NCBI GenBank assembly: GCA_048013815.1
Contig: CM106585.1
Location: 496,001-560,000, forward strand
Origin: Setoptus koraiensis
Taxonomy: Eukaryota > Animalia > Arthropoda
Length of the DNA: 64,000 bases
Direction of reading: 5' to 3'
Shown: positions 33,757 through 45,729 of the stretch, in pieces
How positions within the stretch are numbered: position 1 is the first letter of the stretch
Layout: each line of letters starts with the position of its first letter
The notes under the pieces: generated by a model
Told to the model about the DNA's origin: nothing
Seen by the model: the letters and a program-made list of their open reading frames with translations, nothing else
The model's database searches: none
Program-made: the position numbers and the translations under genes

Positions 33757-34146
33757 TTGAACAGTGCAGATCCATCAATTAATTGTTACATTAATCACCT
33801 ACTTCTTGATGATGGCATGTCTAAATTAATAAAGGATTTCACTTCGCTAATTGGTGTAGAGATTGTCAGTGTTAGTGGTTACAGCATTAGTGGCGGCTAG
33901 AGCGAAAAAGCAATCTATTATATTATTGTATCACAGATTATATATAGGGATGATGATACCGGATCTTGTAGATCATTAGTGGCCTTGGCACGTTTCAGCC
34001 GCAATTGTATGAGAAATAATGATTGAGCATTTTCTCTCACAGCTAACTGTTATACGGGGAGATGTAAATGTGATATTGGCGAATATGACCATCATTTATT
34101 TTGCTTTGTCATTTCTCTGTTTTATCTAATCACAGTTTCCTCTTGA
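33757..34146 (+). pseudogene. Possible decayed coding relic with an EB/EGF-like Cys module
   Basis: About 129 codons with two internal stops. Contains C-MRNND-[TGA]-AFSLTAN-C-YTGR-C-K-C-DIGEYDHHLF-C followed by a hydrophobic stretch. Confidence 0.3.
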
Positions 34147-34446
34147 GAGTTCCTTCCTCTCTGACTAATGACCAGACTGTAATCACATCTATTGATACCT
34201 TACGCAAAAGCGATGAATTATGGCAGGAATATGAGCAAGAAGTAAGTTGAGTAATGAATGTTGTGCTCAAGCTCGTGCAATGTGTATTTAAGATATTAGA
34301 TAATCCATTGGTGTCCTCTATCTCACGTGGAGAGAACCTGTAGGATCGTTACGTTGGCATCATTATGGACTTGAAATGACACAGGCAAAGAAGAGGGAGA
34401 CGCACAGGAGTGGAGCAAATATGAAAGTCGTTCTACCATCTAAAGC

Positions 34447-34535
34447 AATCCAATTCGATCCGGTTCGCTCCGATTAGATTGGACTCGATCCCATCCGATC
34501 CGATCCGACCCGATTCGATCCGATCGAGTTCGGTT
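34447..34535. repeat. Degenerate pentamer (CGATC-like) tandem repeat
   Basis: ccaattcgatccggttcgctccgattagatt...gatcccatccgatccgatccgacccgattcgatccgatcg. Confidence 0.75.
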
Positions 34536-34950
34536 TGGCCACCGCGTTGCTGACAGTCGCCGTGTCACTTCCCAACGTATTGTGTGTCAGATAAAAACGC
34601 AACGTTCACGTTCGCGCTCGTACCAACTATCTGTATAAAACTAGACCACTGGCAACGAGCAAACACGACTAGACCGATTCACTCGTCACAACGATCAAGA
34701 TGGCCACAACGAGAAGCACAACAGCAACACACTGCAAGATCTTGACAATATTTCTGCCGCTTGTTATGCAATCGCGACCACTGATGGTCAGTGTTTACCA
34801 GTGACTGGCGTGCCATTCGTGCAAATACTGTCACTGAATGGCAAGACCATTTGCGCAACCAGCATAGCCGCAACAATAGAAACAGATAGATAGATAGATA
34901 GTGGTGGTGGTCGATGCCAGTTGGGAGGGCACAACAGCCTCTATTGAGAC

Positions 34951-35037
34951 ATTGTTGTCGTCATAGTTGTTGTGGTTGTTGTTGTTGTTGCTGCTGCAGT
35001 TGTTGTTGTTGTTGCTGCTGCAGTTGTTGTTGTCGTC
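34951..35037. repeat. Compound (GTT)n repeat with duplicated GCTGCTGCA interruptions
   Basis: Direct reading; a 24-nt unit is repeated. Confidence 0.85.
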
Positions 35038-35943
35038 GAGCGGCCGAAGTGGTCAAAGTGGCCAAAGTGGCCATCTAAGCCATACGAGCTTCTTTTCCTT
35101 CGCTCTTTTCTCCTGTCGTCTCGACTGTACACTATTGGGTTAGGCAGCGTTTCTCGGCGTGAATACTTGCAATTCGTTTGTCTTCGATCTAATCGAGTTT
35201 TGTTTGCTCCAAATCGGTTGTCGTCCACACCACACGCTCAGACACACAATAACAAATACAATGTCGGCGCAAAAATTAGAGACGGAAAACTGATGCCAAG
35301 CGACAAAATTATCCTAAGTGTTTGAGTCAATCGTGTTAGTAAAATAGGCAAAATTGGAACAATTGCTCCGGTTGCTAACTCACTTCTTTGCTCGTTTCCA
35401 TTTGCGACCATTAGCAATATTCTAGACCACTAGTCCACTGTCTAATGCGCCAATGTCACACAAGTCACCTAGACACGGCTGCTCGGCTTGGATAATGTGA
35501 TGTGATCGGACAAGAGGCAATTTTTTTCTCCTGCGTGATCGTATTTGCTGAATATAAAATATTGAAAATTGTCTGCCTCAAATCGATCTACTTAAAACGG
35601 GCCGTGCCAAAGTTCTGAGAACATGCAAAGCGGTTTGTAAATATAAATGGATAATCGATTGAGTGGGGGAACTATTATGGCGTCAAGTCTGGGCGTCAAT
35701 TTCAGTTAGCATCTCTCTGAACTGGCAGAGTCTGAACTGGCCGCCTGGCGCTTTTCCAATGGATTAACAGCCAGCAAACAATGACGATGCAGTTGAGTGT
35801 ATGAAGCCAATCCATTCTTCTATCAGGCGTATCATATATAGCAGAGTAGAAAGTGTTTTCTGCGGCATGTTAGAGAGACGAAAACATCTTTATCGTGAAC
35901 ATTAAGCCATATGCATTGAGGCGAAAGCGAGCTATTGAGTGGA

Positions 35944-35966
35944 CTCTCTCTCTCTCTCTCTCTCTC
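35944..35966. repeat. (CT)n / GAGA tract
   Basis: Direct reading. Confidence 0.85.
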
Positions 35967-38900
35967 GCTCTCTTTAGTTCTCTTTTTCTCTCCTCGCTGT
36001 GCCCCGATTCTCTGTATCACGCATCTTAGTCATCGAAGATCGAATATCTCCCATCACAATCTTAGATCCGAGAGATTATCTGTTCGCTGGCTAGATCCAT
36101 TCGGGAGAAATTCATTTGATTTTTTTTTCTTTGTGTTGCGAGCGTCGCCTGCTGTGAATCGTTACGAATCGTGACCCTTGTTGTTTTCTTCGCGAGCCTC
36201 GTCTAGACGGCATTGCGACATAAAATGATATTAGGCCTCATAAAGAGGGCGACTTAGCCAAATCACGGCATCAGAAAGAATAATGGTCCATGCGAATTGT
36301 TATGGCTGACACTGTTATGCCTGCCACCATAGATCAACAAAACACAATTAACCTAGTCCACTGTTTCTGTCACTGGCATTTTATCGTGCAGTTTTATCGT
36401 GCAGCAAAACGAAAATCTTTTCTTTCTTGAGCTAGCCAACGAACTTGCCACCGAATTGCATTGAATGGGTGCTCATCGTTTCGATGCAGTTTCACGGTCA
36501 ATTGTCCAATAAGGTTGCGCACGAAGGACTCAAAGGTCGTCGCGCCCACAAAAGCAATCTTACCAGTTCATTTACTCATCTAAAACAACGGCGACCTATC
36601 TCTTCTTGGGGGCCTGTACTTATGTTCATTTGTCAGTGGTTGTTGCAGCTTGACATAAAAGTACATTCGCTAAATGGCTGGTCGTTTTGCAGGCCCCAGC
36701 GCCTGAAATTGCTCTGATATTTTATTAGCCATCAGTGGCCTCGGTAACTCGTGGATGGCAACGGGAAACTTGTAACTGGCACTTGCAATTAATCAAACTG
36801 CTGTCAAAATATCATGAAATCTAAAATCATCGCCAAATGATTTATTTCCAGACAATCTATATCAATCTGTTTCATCTGTTGATGTTGCCCATGCAGTTGC
36901 CAGTTAGCCGAAGTATTGCATAGCTGACCAACTGTATCTACACGCTCACTAGCGAACATCTACAACTAATCTTGTTAGTGATATGCTCAGTAGTTGTTCG
37001 TTGGATCCAGCAACGGCATCCAGCAAACATGCAACAATCGAGATGAGAGAGTGGCAACAAACAAAATCAAAATAAAATTTATTCTTTTATATGCGCCTCT
37101 TTTGTGCGCTGTTCATCCCTTCTTCTACAAAAGTAATTTGAAAAGTGTTTCGAGAGCCATTCTTGGGCCGAAAAATTGTAGCTTCGGTCAGTTCTGATTT
37201 TCGGCCGAGAGTTGTGCGCAAGATCCTCAAGATAGATTGATCTCAAATGCAATCTGATTCTGTGCGCCCCGCGGCAGCACAACAATAACGCCGAATCCCC
37301 TGCTAATAGATCTACTATTGTTTTGTGCCACCGGCTAAATTCCGAGATTAGCCGGTGTTTCTATTTCTACTTTTCTCTTCATTTAAGGCTTGCTTACTTG
37401 AGCTCATGATCATTAATATATTTAGGTGGGGTGCAAAGTTTTTCCGAACCTTGTAGTCTAACTAGAAGAAGAAAATTCTCGGCACAAACGTGTTGGCACG
37501 TTCGAGTCACCTCTTCTCTTTTTCCTCCCAACTAAGAAGGTTTCTTTGGTTATGTCGGATATCGGCTCACTCGCTCATTGGTTGGTTCGTTCGCTTCTTT
37601 GTCCGTTTGTCCGTTCGTTTGTTCGCAGGTCCAACAAATTAATTAATTCAGTCAACATTACAGCGTCACACAAAAGCTGCATGAAGTGCATGTGAGGTCA
37701 TTAGTTTGAACCATTCTTCTGAGGTGTTACCAAAAGAGATTCATCAATGAGGCAACGAACTGAAGATCTGTGGTTTGGCACAGATCTTCAAATATATTGT
37801 CTTAATATTCGCAAGCGTGTTCCACTATCGCTATCAAATCATAAACCGGGCCAAACAGGCACAGAGAAAGAAGCTGTCCGGTTCGAAAAAAGTCCACAGT
37901 TTGACCGAATGATAAATTCTAGAGTTGACGAAATTTCATTCCCACGTCTATCAACTGAGGTTCATTGAGCCACAGCTATCGCAAACAAATTGGTCCGACT
38001 AGATCTCGTGTTTTGTTGCAACAATTCTGGTTTCGAAAAGCTGCTTACAATTACGTGAGTCAATCAATTCAGATGGTTGATTTTCTATCGCCGCTAATGA
38101 AAGGCACCCTCTTTCTTCTAATTTGCTTCGTGGCATGCGATTGACTGAGCATTCGACAGAGCTATTTAGGCAACAATCGCTTCCAATCTCTTTGCAATAT
38201 ACACCTATTGAGTTAGCTGTATGTGAGCGCAGAAAAAAAAATCTCGTGGCGCATACACATCTTCCGTTGGCTAATTTATTTTCACGCTATTTGTTCAACG
38301 CTACGTGATGAGCGGCTATGTCCAACTTATTATACCTTTTAGCCTATTTACGCGTGGATAGCTGCCTGTCAAGCTGTCCGTTTCAACTGACTGACTGCTT
38401 TCTCTAATCTCTCTTGTTTCGGGTCGCTTGTTGGTCGATAGTTAGTGAGGTTAGTGAGAGAAAAAAATGGTTTACATCACAATATAATCCAAGTCTGTGA
38501 GTGTAACTGTAATTTTCGACGGGTCACCAGCAACTACACGAAATGATTCAAAAAAGAAAACACATAAGTAGGCAGCGGCAATTAGGTGAGAAATGGCTGA
38601 GAAGAAATAATTTGCAGTTTAAGTTGTTTCGTCCTTCGGACGAATACATTTTTCTATCTGGTCCAACAATTGGAGCCCGAGGGGGTAGGAATAGTAAGAT
38701 GGGCTCAATAGATGCGAAAGATCTGATCTAGGCGACCCAAAATGCTGTCTTTGCTGCTGAATCATCTTCAATTATGCGAGGCGCCAATCAAAAGGCAACC
38801 CGAGCAGAGCACGGCAGTTACATTCGGAATTGCCTATCTCGCATCAGCCAGTTGAGATCAAAGAGTTAGCCTTCCAGCAATAATAATAATAACAATAACG

Positions 38901-41900
38901 AGGAAGACGCAAACTTACAACAACACACAGAAAACAACTGATTGAATTGCTGAATTGCAGGTGAATTATCTCGTTGCGTAACCTGTCTCGGGGCGTATAT
39001 TAGGAGGCAGTGTATTACAAGTGTGTTGTTAGCGCTGGTGTAACATATTAACACCGCCAACAACAACAGCAACAACAATAGCGACAACAACAACAAAAAA
39101 AGAAGGTGCAAATATACAACGCAGCTACAACAAAGTGAGCATCACGTACAATCCGGTGATGATATAGACGGAAAATGTATTGAATATTTATGTATAAACG
39201 ACGAAAAAAGAAACGAGACAAGCTTATATAACGGTCTTGCTAACACTGGCACAGTGTATCGTCTCGTGACGACTGCTCGTGCTAATGCGTGCCTACAGCA
39301 ACAAGATATACGCGTTGATATTTATTATTCTATCGTTACTATCCATTGTAGCCACATTGTGGAACACACAGTAATGAAAACGTGTTGGCCACCCTCAACC
39401 CATATAATTTCTCTAACCTCTTACGTCTCTTGCCTCGTGTGTCTTTGTTATTTGTGGCTACCTGAGACTTGACAAAGCCCATACTGAGGTATTATGTTGC
39501 ATCTCGCAAGTGTGGCTTGCTGTATGGACTGGCTAACAACTGGCTGCAGCAAGGCAAGGTGTCTTGCCTATTCAAATTACATGTATATAATGATTTATTA
39601 TGCAATTGCTGGCAATCGCTTACTCGTATGGATATTTCTAGTTGCCTCAATCATGTTATATCCACACTTTTTAGAAATGCCAGTGCTGCATACAGTTCAG
39701 TAGATTGAACCGAACGCGATCTATCCATGAATGGTAATTAGATGTATGCGTGCTCCGCAACAAATTCACATTATTATTCACCTAAACTAACACCTTGCGG
39801 GCTCGCACGTTGTATTTATAGTAATAATAAACCCGTTATTAGTTGTAGGGCACGTTCAATATTCGCCATTTCATACTGACGTGGCGACACTGAAAACATA
39901 CAAACTTTGTCCACTCGGCTTGTTTCTAGCACACTGGAGTGAAGAAAAGAAGAGAGTCGTCGAAAAAAACCGTTCCTGAAAATATCTCACTCTCTCAAAT
40001 GCGGACCAAGGAGGCTTTTCAATCGATATTGGCGCTGAATAGATGTGTATTTTTCTTTGTCAAATTCCCTTTCAAAAAATGGAAAAAAACTCCTAATATG
40101 CTTTAGAATAAATCCATGCTCTCGTCGCAAGCATTATTCTTATGCGAAAAACGAAGAGGAGCGATAAACAGAAAATGCAACATGCGATGAAGCTGAAAAA
40201 TGACGCAGAAAAAAAGCAGTTCGAAACGAATGTCAGTATTGACGTGAACATGATGCACCAGTCTTAGATTTTTATATTTGTATTTTTATGCTCTGAAAGC
40301 CCTAATTGCACTGATTAAGAATAGAAAGAACAAGAAGTTAAGTCGCAAGAGAAACAACAGAGCTAACAGAGTGTGGATGAAAAAGAAAAATTACTTTCGC
40401 AGACAAATTTTCGTTCTTCTAGGGCCTAGGGCTCAAAACGAGTTATAATGAGCATCCCCGTTGATGAATCGTGCAAACATTGGCAAAAAAAAAACGAAAT
40501 CTATGCTTCGCTTATAGATAATCTCGATCACTAGTTTTTTCTCTTCAGACTGAAGACTTCAGTCGCCTGCCTCGAGTTATCGGCGGTTCATTGGAGCAAG
40601 ACTTTTTGTTTTTCTGACAGATATCCCCAGGTGTTTGGCCTGAACACGATTAACTGGTTATTCTCTTGATTCAAATAAAAATACAGGTGTACCGCATCTC
40701 TCTGATCGACGATTTCACCTACAGTTGATTCGTAATAATATCTGGTTGTATTTTTGAAGACAAAAGATGATCTCACTGCACTGGGATCCTCTCCGGACCC
40801 AAGACGCCATCATGGCAAACGAAATATATTCTAACTATCTAACAGATAAGTCATCTTGTATCAAACATGTCACTTGGCAAACTCATCAGACATTAGCTAG
40901 CCAGCAGATCAGATCAAATTTCTCTGACTGATTTATTCGGTGTATTTTGACATATACATTAAACAAGTAAAACACAACACCGTTTGTCGATAAGCGGAGT
41001 TTTGTTATCTATTGATCCAGGATATTTGAAGATCAAAAGAGACGTAAAGAGATACACATTCCTGCCTAATGTTGTAGCGCCTCATCTATATTGGTATATC
41101 CGACACTGGGAAAAGAGAATACGAACGAAAGTGTTAGCTCTCGTGCTAAGCTACACTGTATTAACGAGGAAATGTGATCAATCTTGTTTCGTGACTCGAG
41201 GTGTCTGCAACGATTCGATTAAACGATCAGCTGAGAGCTTGACCCCTGTCTCGGTTGCGTGTTAGTTATTTTTTCTCATATCGGGTTTTTTACCATCAAG
41301 TAAAATGGTCTTGCAATAAACTCCGACAAGCAGGGGACCTTCATTAATATGACTATGAGACAAGTTTGATCAAGTTCATTAGTTCGGGTAGGCAAACTGG
41401 ATCGACTGAATCAGAAAGTCTTTTTCTAACGTGCTCGGGAGTCACGTAGCAAAGGAGAACATTTTTCGAGGCGGGATATTTTATATGAAAGTTCGCTTGC
41501 TACTTTCGAATTCAAAATTCATGGCTGAGAAAAAAAACATGTATTCGTTTCAGCGCAAGTGATGATGCATGATTGATTGATTAATCGAACTGGATGGGTT
41601 AGATTGCGTTTCATCATTCGGTACGACTGAAATTGTGTGGATTGGATAGTTCTATCAAAATAGTAATCAGATAGTGGTGCTATTGTTTTCGTTTTCTAAC
41701 TCCAAGCGTCTTTTGCCTTTATTCTTCTACTTACCTGTTCTCCTCAGACCAGTGATCATTGTTCATTCACGGTGATGATATGAGATCGATAAGATTGAAT
41801 AATGAGCCCACATAACTCAACGGAGCACGATATATGCTTCGGAGTTAGCATTCTATTTCAACAGGTTCCGATATATGCAACTCGTCCAATGCGACTGCTG

Positions 41901-44900
41901 TAGTTGTACTAAGCACCTTGCCTAGTAAACTCTCCTCCCTATTTGGCCTCGAAATGGGTTGCTTGCGCGAGCTGGTCTTTTTTTTCTTCTTGCAAACGAT
42001 TTTCTTCCTATTGAGATCTCTAGGGAATGCGGGACACCGCGATAAAAAACAACATTACTTGCGCCACCATCTTATCGCATCAATCTAATTTTTTAGTATC
42101 AACAATGAGCGGTGTTTCGATATAATAAAATCACTTCGCAACAAGCTTTTTTTTTCATTAATAGCCACTGGCTTCGCACAGAAATCTTAGATCAAACTAC
42201 TATCTTGCAACGAAGTTGCCCAAAAGAAGAAATGAAAATCCCATATACACTACCAAAAGCAGCGCATTAGACCATTCTCAGACAATTGTTGTCGTGGTCG
42301 CTATTGTTGTAATCTCTCGAGAGAATCTGCATCTTATGGCATTTATCTTGTCGCGCCTAGCCACTGGAACTACTGTCTGATTTAAGATGGAACAAATATT
42401 GTGCAACGCCGCTGGAGTTTGTTTGCAAGTGAGCATGGGCGTGAGACGAGCCTCGAAAACAAAATTGCGACCCTTTGGGCTCTCAACTGCGGCTACAACC
42501 CATTATTAGACCGAACTGATTCTTCATATCATCATGACACCGAGAGTACAACAGCCGGCATGTATATGAACGATTTAATCAGCTGATATCAGCTAGTTTT
42601 TTATATTATTTTGCCACATAACATTGGCAACGTACAACTGGCGCAGTTTCTCGCAACTTTCACAACTTCCGAACTTGCTTCGCGTGCTTCCAATTGTGTG
42701 TCAGTGATATGCTGCGGCTACTGGGCCCGGCTCCAGAAGAAAGAATTTGTTGTGGGCACTGGAATTGAAACTATTATCCCATAGAATCGGACATATTCCC
42801 CAGCATTGTATGGTGTGACTTGTCGCTGACTGGCAGCTGGGGAAATATTCGCAGCCGCTGAAAACGAAGCCCCGTTGTGCCAGCCCATGATGACCCACAG
42901 AAAAGGGACGTATCAGCGCAAGCTTGCCTGGTGGCCTGTGAAACAAACAGAATATCGTCCTTTTTCAGATTGTCATACATTGATTTAGAGTTGGACCATC
43001 AGTGCAACATATAGATTTAGTAGTATAGATATATTGAGAAATTTCGATTGAAGGTGGCACCAACATTCCTTGCCGAGTGCACCCATACAATCCCAGAGAG
43101 AAAGTCCAATGCAAATAAACACATCGAACGATGATCGGCGCATAGGCCCTCACAGGAGCCTGCAACAAAGCAAACATTTTTGCTGTTTAGCTTTTCGCAA
43201 ACTCCCCCAAATAGACACACACATATCCATCTCCCAGTGGGAGTCTTAATACTGTTTGCTTAGTGGATTTTCTCGTGAGCTTTGTTCTTATATTGGTTGG
43301 CCGTTATTGGCGCGATGAGGCTTAGCGAGGCGCTCGAAACGAAAACATTCTCAATAAAAGAATTTGTGCCAAGGTATTTCGCACGCTACGAAATTGGCTG
43401 TGAGTGTGCGTGTATGGTCAGGTTAGTTTTCTAGACGAAGACAAGTGGTCGTGCGCGACAACACAACAATTAGGCGAGCCTATTTCGACAGCTAAAAGGT
43501 GTCTAAATTGGCTGATAACTGTCGGTTGGCAGTGGCAAACAGTGGCTCGAATTGGCCAGAGCAATTGGCTTAATGCTTCGGACGGACATTAGATCAGGCA
43601 CCTGGATAGGTAATGGCCGTTATGAGTTGTATGAGGCAAAGAATTGTCGACTTGCGGCCTCCCCCCGGAGCCAGGATATTATTATTATTTATCGGACAGT
43701 CTTGAGTCATTGAGTTATAGAAATAGTATCACACAATATCATGACCGTATAGTGTGTAACATCTAACTCTAGTGACGGCCTCATCATGGCCATTATATGA
43801 CGAATGGACAAGCCTCTCAAATTGCTGATCGTTACTGCAGCCGTTGATTCAGACTAATACCGTCTGGTGCGAGACTTGTGAAAGGCGTCAATCGGACGGT
43901 CCAGCAAACGCTTCAAATCAAACCAATGGTAGGTTTTTTGGCCCCACATGGGGCTTGGCTCGGTTCAGATTAGCTCAGATCATCTCGAAATAGATTGCCG
44001 AGATAAACGGCGACGCGGGCTAATGTTTCATCAGCTTTCCAGACAAACCGTTTGAAAGTGGTTTCTGATGCCCTTGCATTGCTCCGATCTTGTGCATTGC
44101 GACGGCGGTCCCGGTGGCTCCGTGGGCTTCAGCGGCCCCAACGGTCTTAGCGGTATGTTATGTACATATATGTAGCGCGGAGGATAGTCAGAATCTATGG
44201 GGATTACACACACTTTGTGTATGTGTTTGCGACTCCACGGACAATAAAGAAAGAGATATATGTCGAGATATATATATATACGCACACATTTAATCTTCTG
44301 CGAGCTTATGCATGTTTGGCATACATCAACTACTAAGCGCGCTATTTATGTATCAGTCAGCCCGTTATCCAGTGAGACAGGCGCATTGACTGAACGTACC
44401 AGCGATCTTGCCAGACGAATTCGTCAGCGAGGGAGGGAGAGAGAGAGAGAGCTAACAAACAATGCGAGCTCGCACTTTTTAAGGCTTCTCTCACTCATTC
44501 TTTTGGGCTTTGACTAGTACGCTAGCGAATTGCCAAGCCAGACAAGCTAGCTTATTTGGGCTACTGGCTGGCATGTGAGTGTTGGTTGGCATGGGAAAAT
44601 CGCGGCGCCGCAATCTAAATAATCTGTTTCGGGTGTTGGCGAAAGTCGCCAGCTCGTTACTTTTCCAATAGAATAAACAAACAGAATAAGCGCGCGCAAA
44701 AAGAGAAAAGAGTTAATCTTTTAACATTTGATTACTTGTACATATTACATCATATATAGATATACAGATATATAAATATATCGACCATTTACAGCACATC
44801 AGGCCGGCACATCTATGTCTATGGCTACGCGGCAACTATGTACAAGCGGCCAGCCGGCCAGCTCGACAGATCCGAAAGTGTATTAAAGAGATAGCGTCTA

Positions 44901-45669
44901 TATGAAAGTTTATATTGCCATCAGCAAGTGACTTTGAATGACATTCATTCATGTGCCTATATACTGGCTAATACTAGCAATCATTTGCAACTGCAATAGC
45001 CATAGTGTGTAATAGTGTAATAGCCACACAAAATACACAAAATGATGATAACAATGATAATATTAGTATCACTTTACATGTGTTACAGCGTGGCGCGATG
45101 GGTGTGCGAACTTGAATATAGATTGTTTAGTTACATTTATGTAATAGTTGCATAACTGTGGCTTAGTTGTGAGAGCATACAAATAAATATAGCGGCCTGC
45201 CATAAACACACGCTCTGTTGCGATATCAATCGCATCTTATTTTGTTAGAGTACAAATATCTTGGCAAGTAGGTGGCGTTGTTTGTGTGCCGTTGCTGTTT
45301 GATTCAACACTTTGCCATTTTAGGCGGACTCTCTAACGATCGAATGAGATTAAAATGTGTTCACACTATTTAGTTGTCTACTTGCACTCAATACTGTTGA
45401 CTCAATAGCCTGCACAAATGGGCCCAATCGGAGCCCCAATGCGCACCTATCTGAGGCCGTTTCGGACTTGTGGCCATTTTGCAGGGCTGGTGCCGTTGGG
45501 CAAATATGAACAAATAGTTTCTGGCATAGCGGCCGGAATAATTATAATATGATTATGATAGCGCCAACAAAAATAATCAATCCTGACATAAGTTGCGCCT
45601 CGGCCAATGCAATATAAATATACAGTATATGCGCACTGGCAACAACCAACTGATCCCATTCCGTCGGTT

Positions 45670-45729
45670 GTTGCCAGTTGGTTGCCAGTTGGTTGCCAGT
45701 TGGTTGCCAGTTGGTTGCCAGTTGGTTGC
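45670..45729. repeat. 11-bp minisatellite GTTGCCAGTTG, five perfect copies plus a partial copy
   Basis: Direct reading. Confidence 0.95.

Noticed and set aside
40588-40776. Protein-like 62-aa minus ORF containing the bantam seed TGAGATCAT
   Set aside because: No ATG and no homology; only a 9-nt match to bantam and no hairpin.
41735-41960. Minus-strand frame with two stops ending at a perfect GTAAGT donor
   Set aside because: Stop density is within chance, and no family resemblance.
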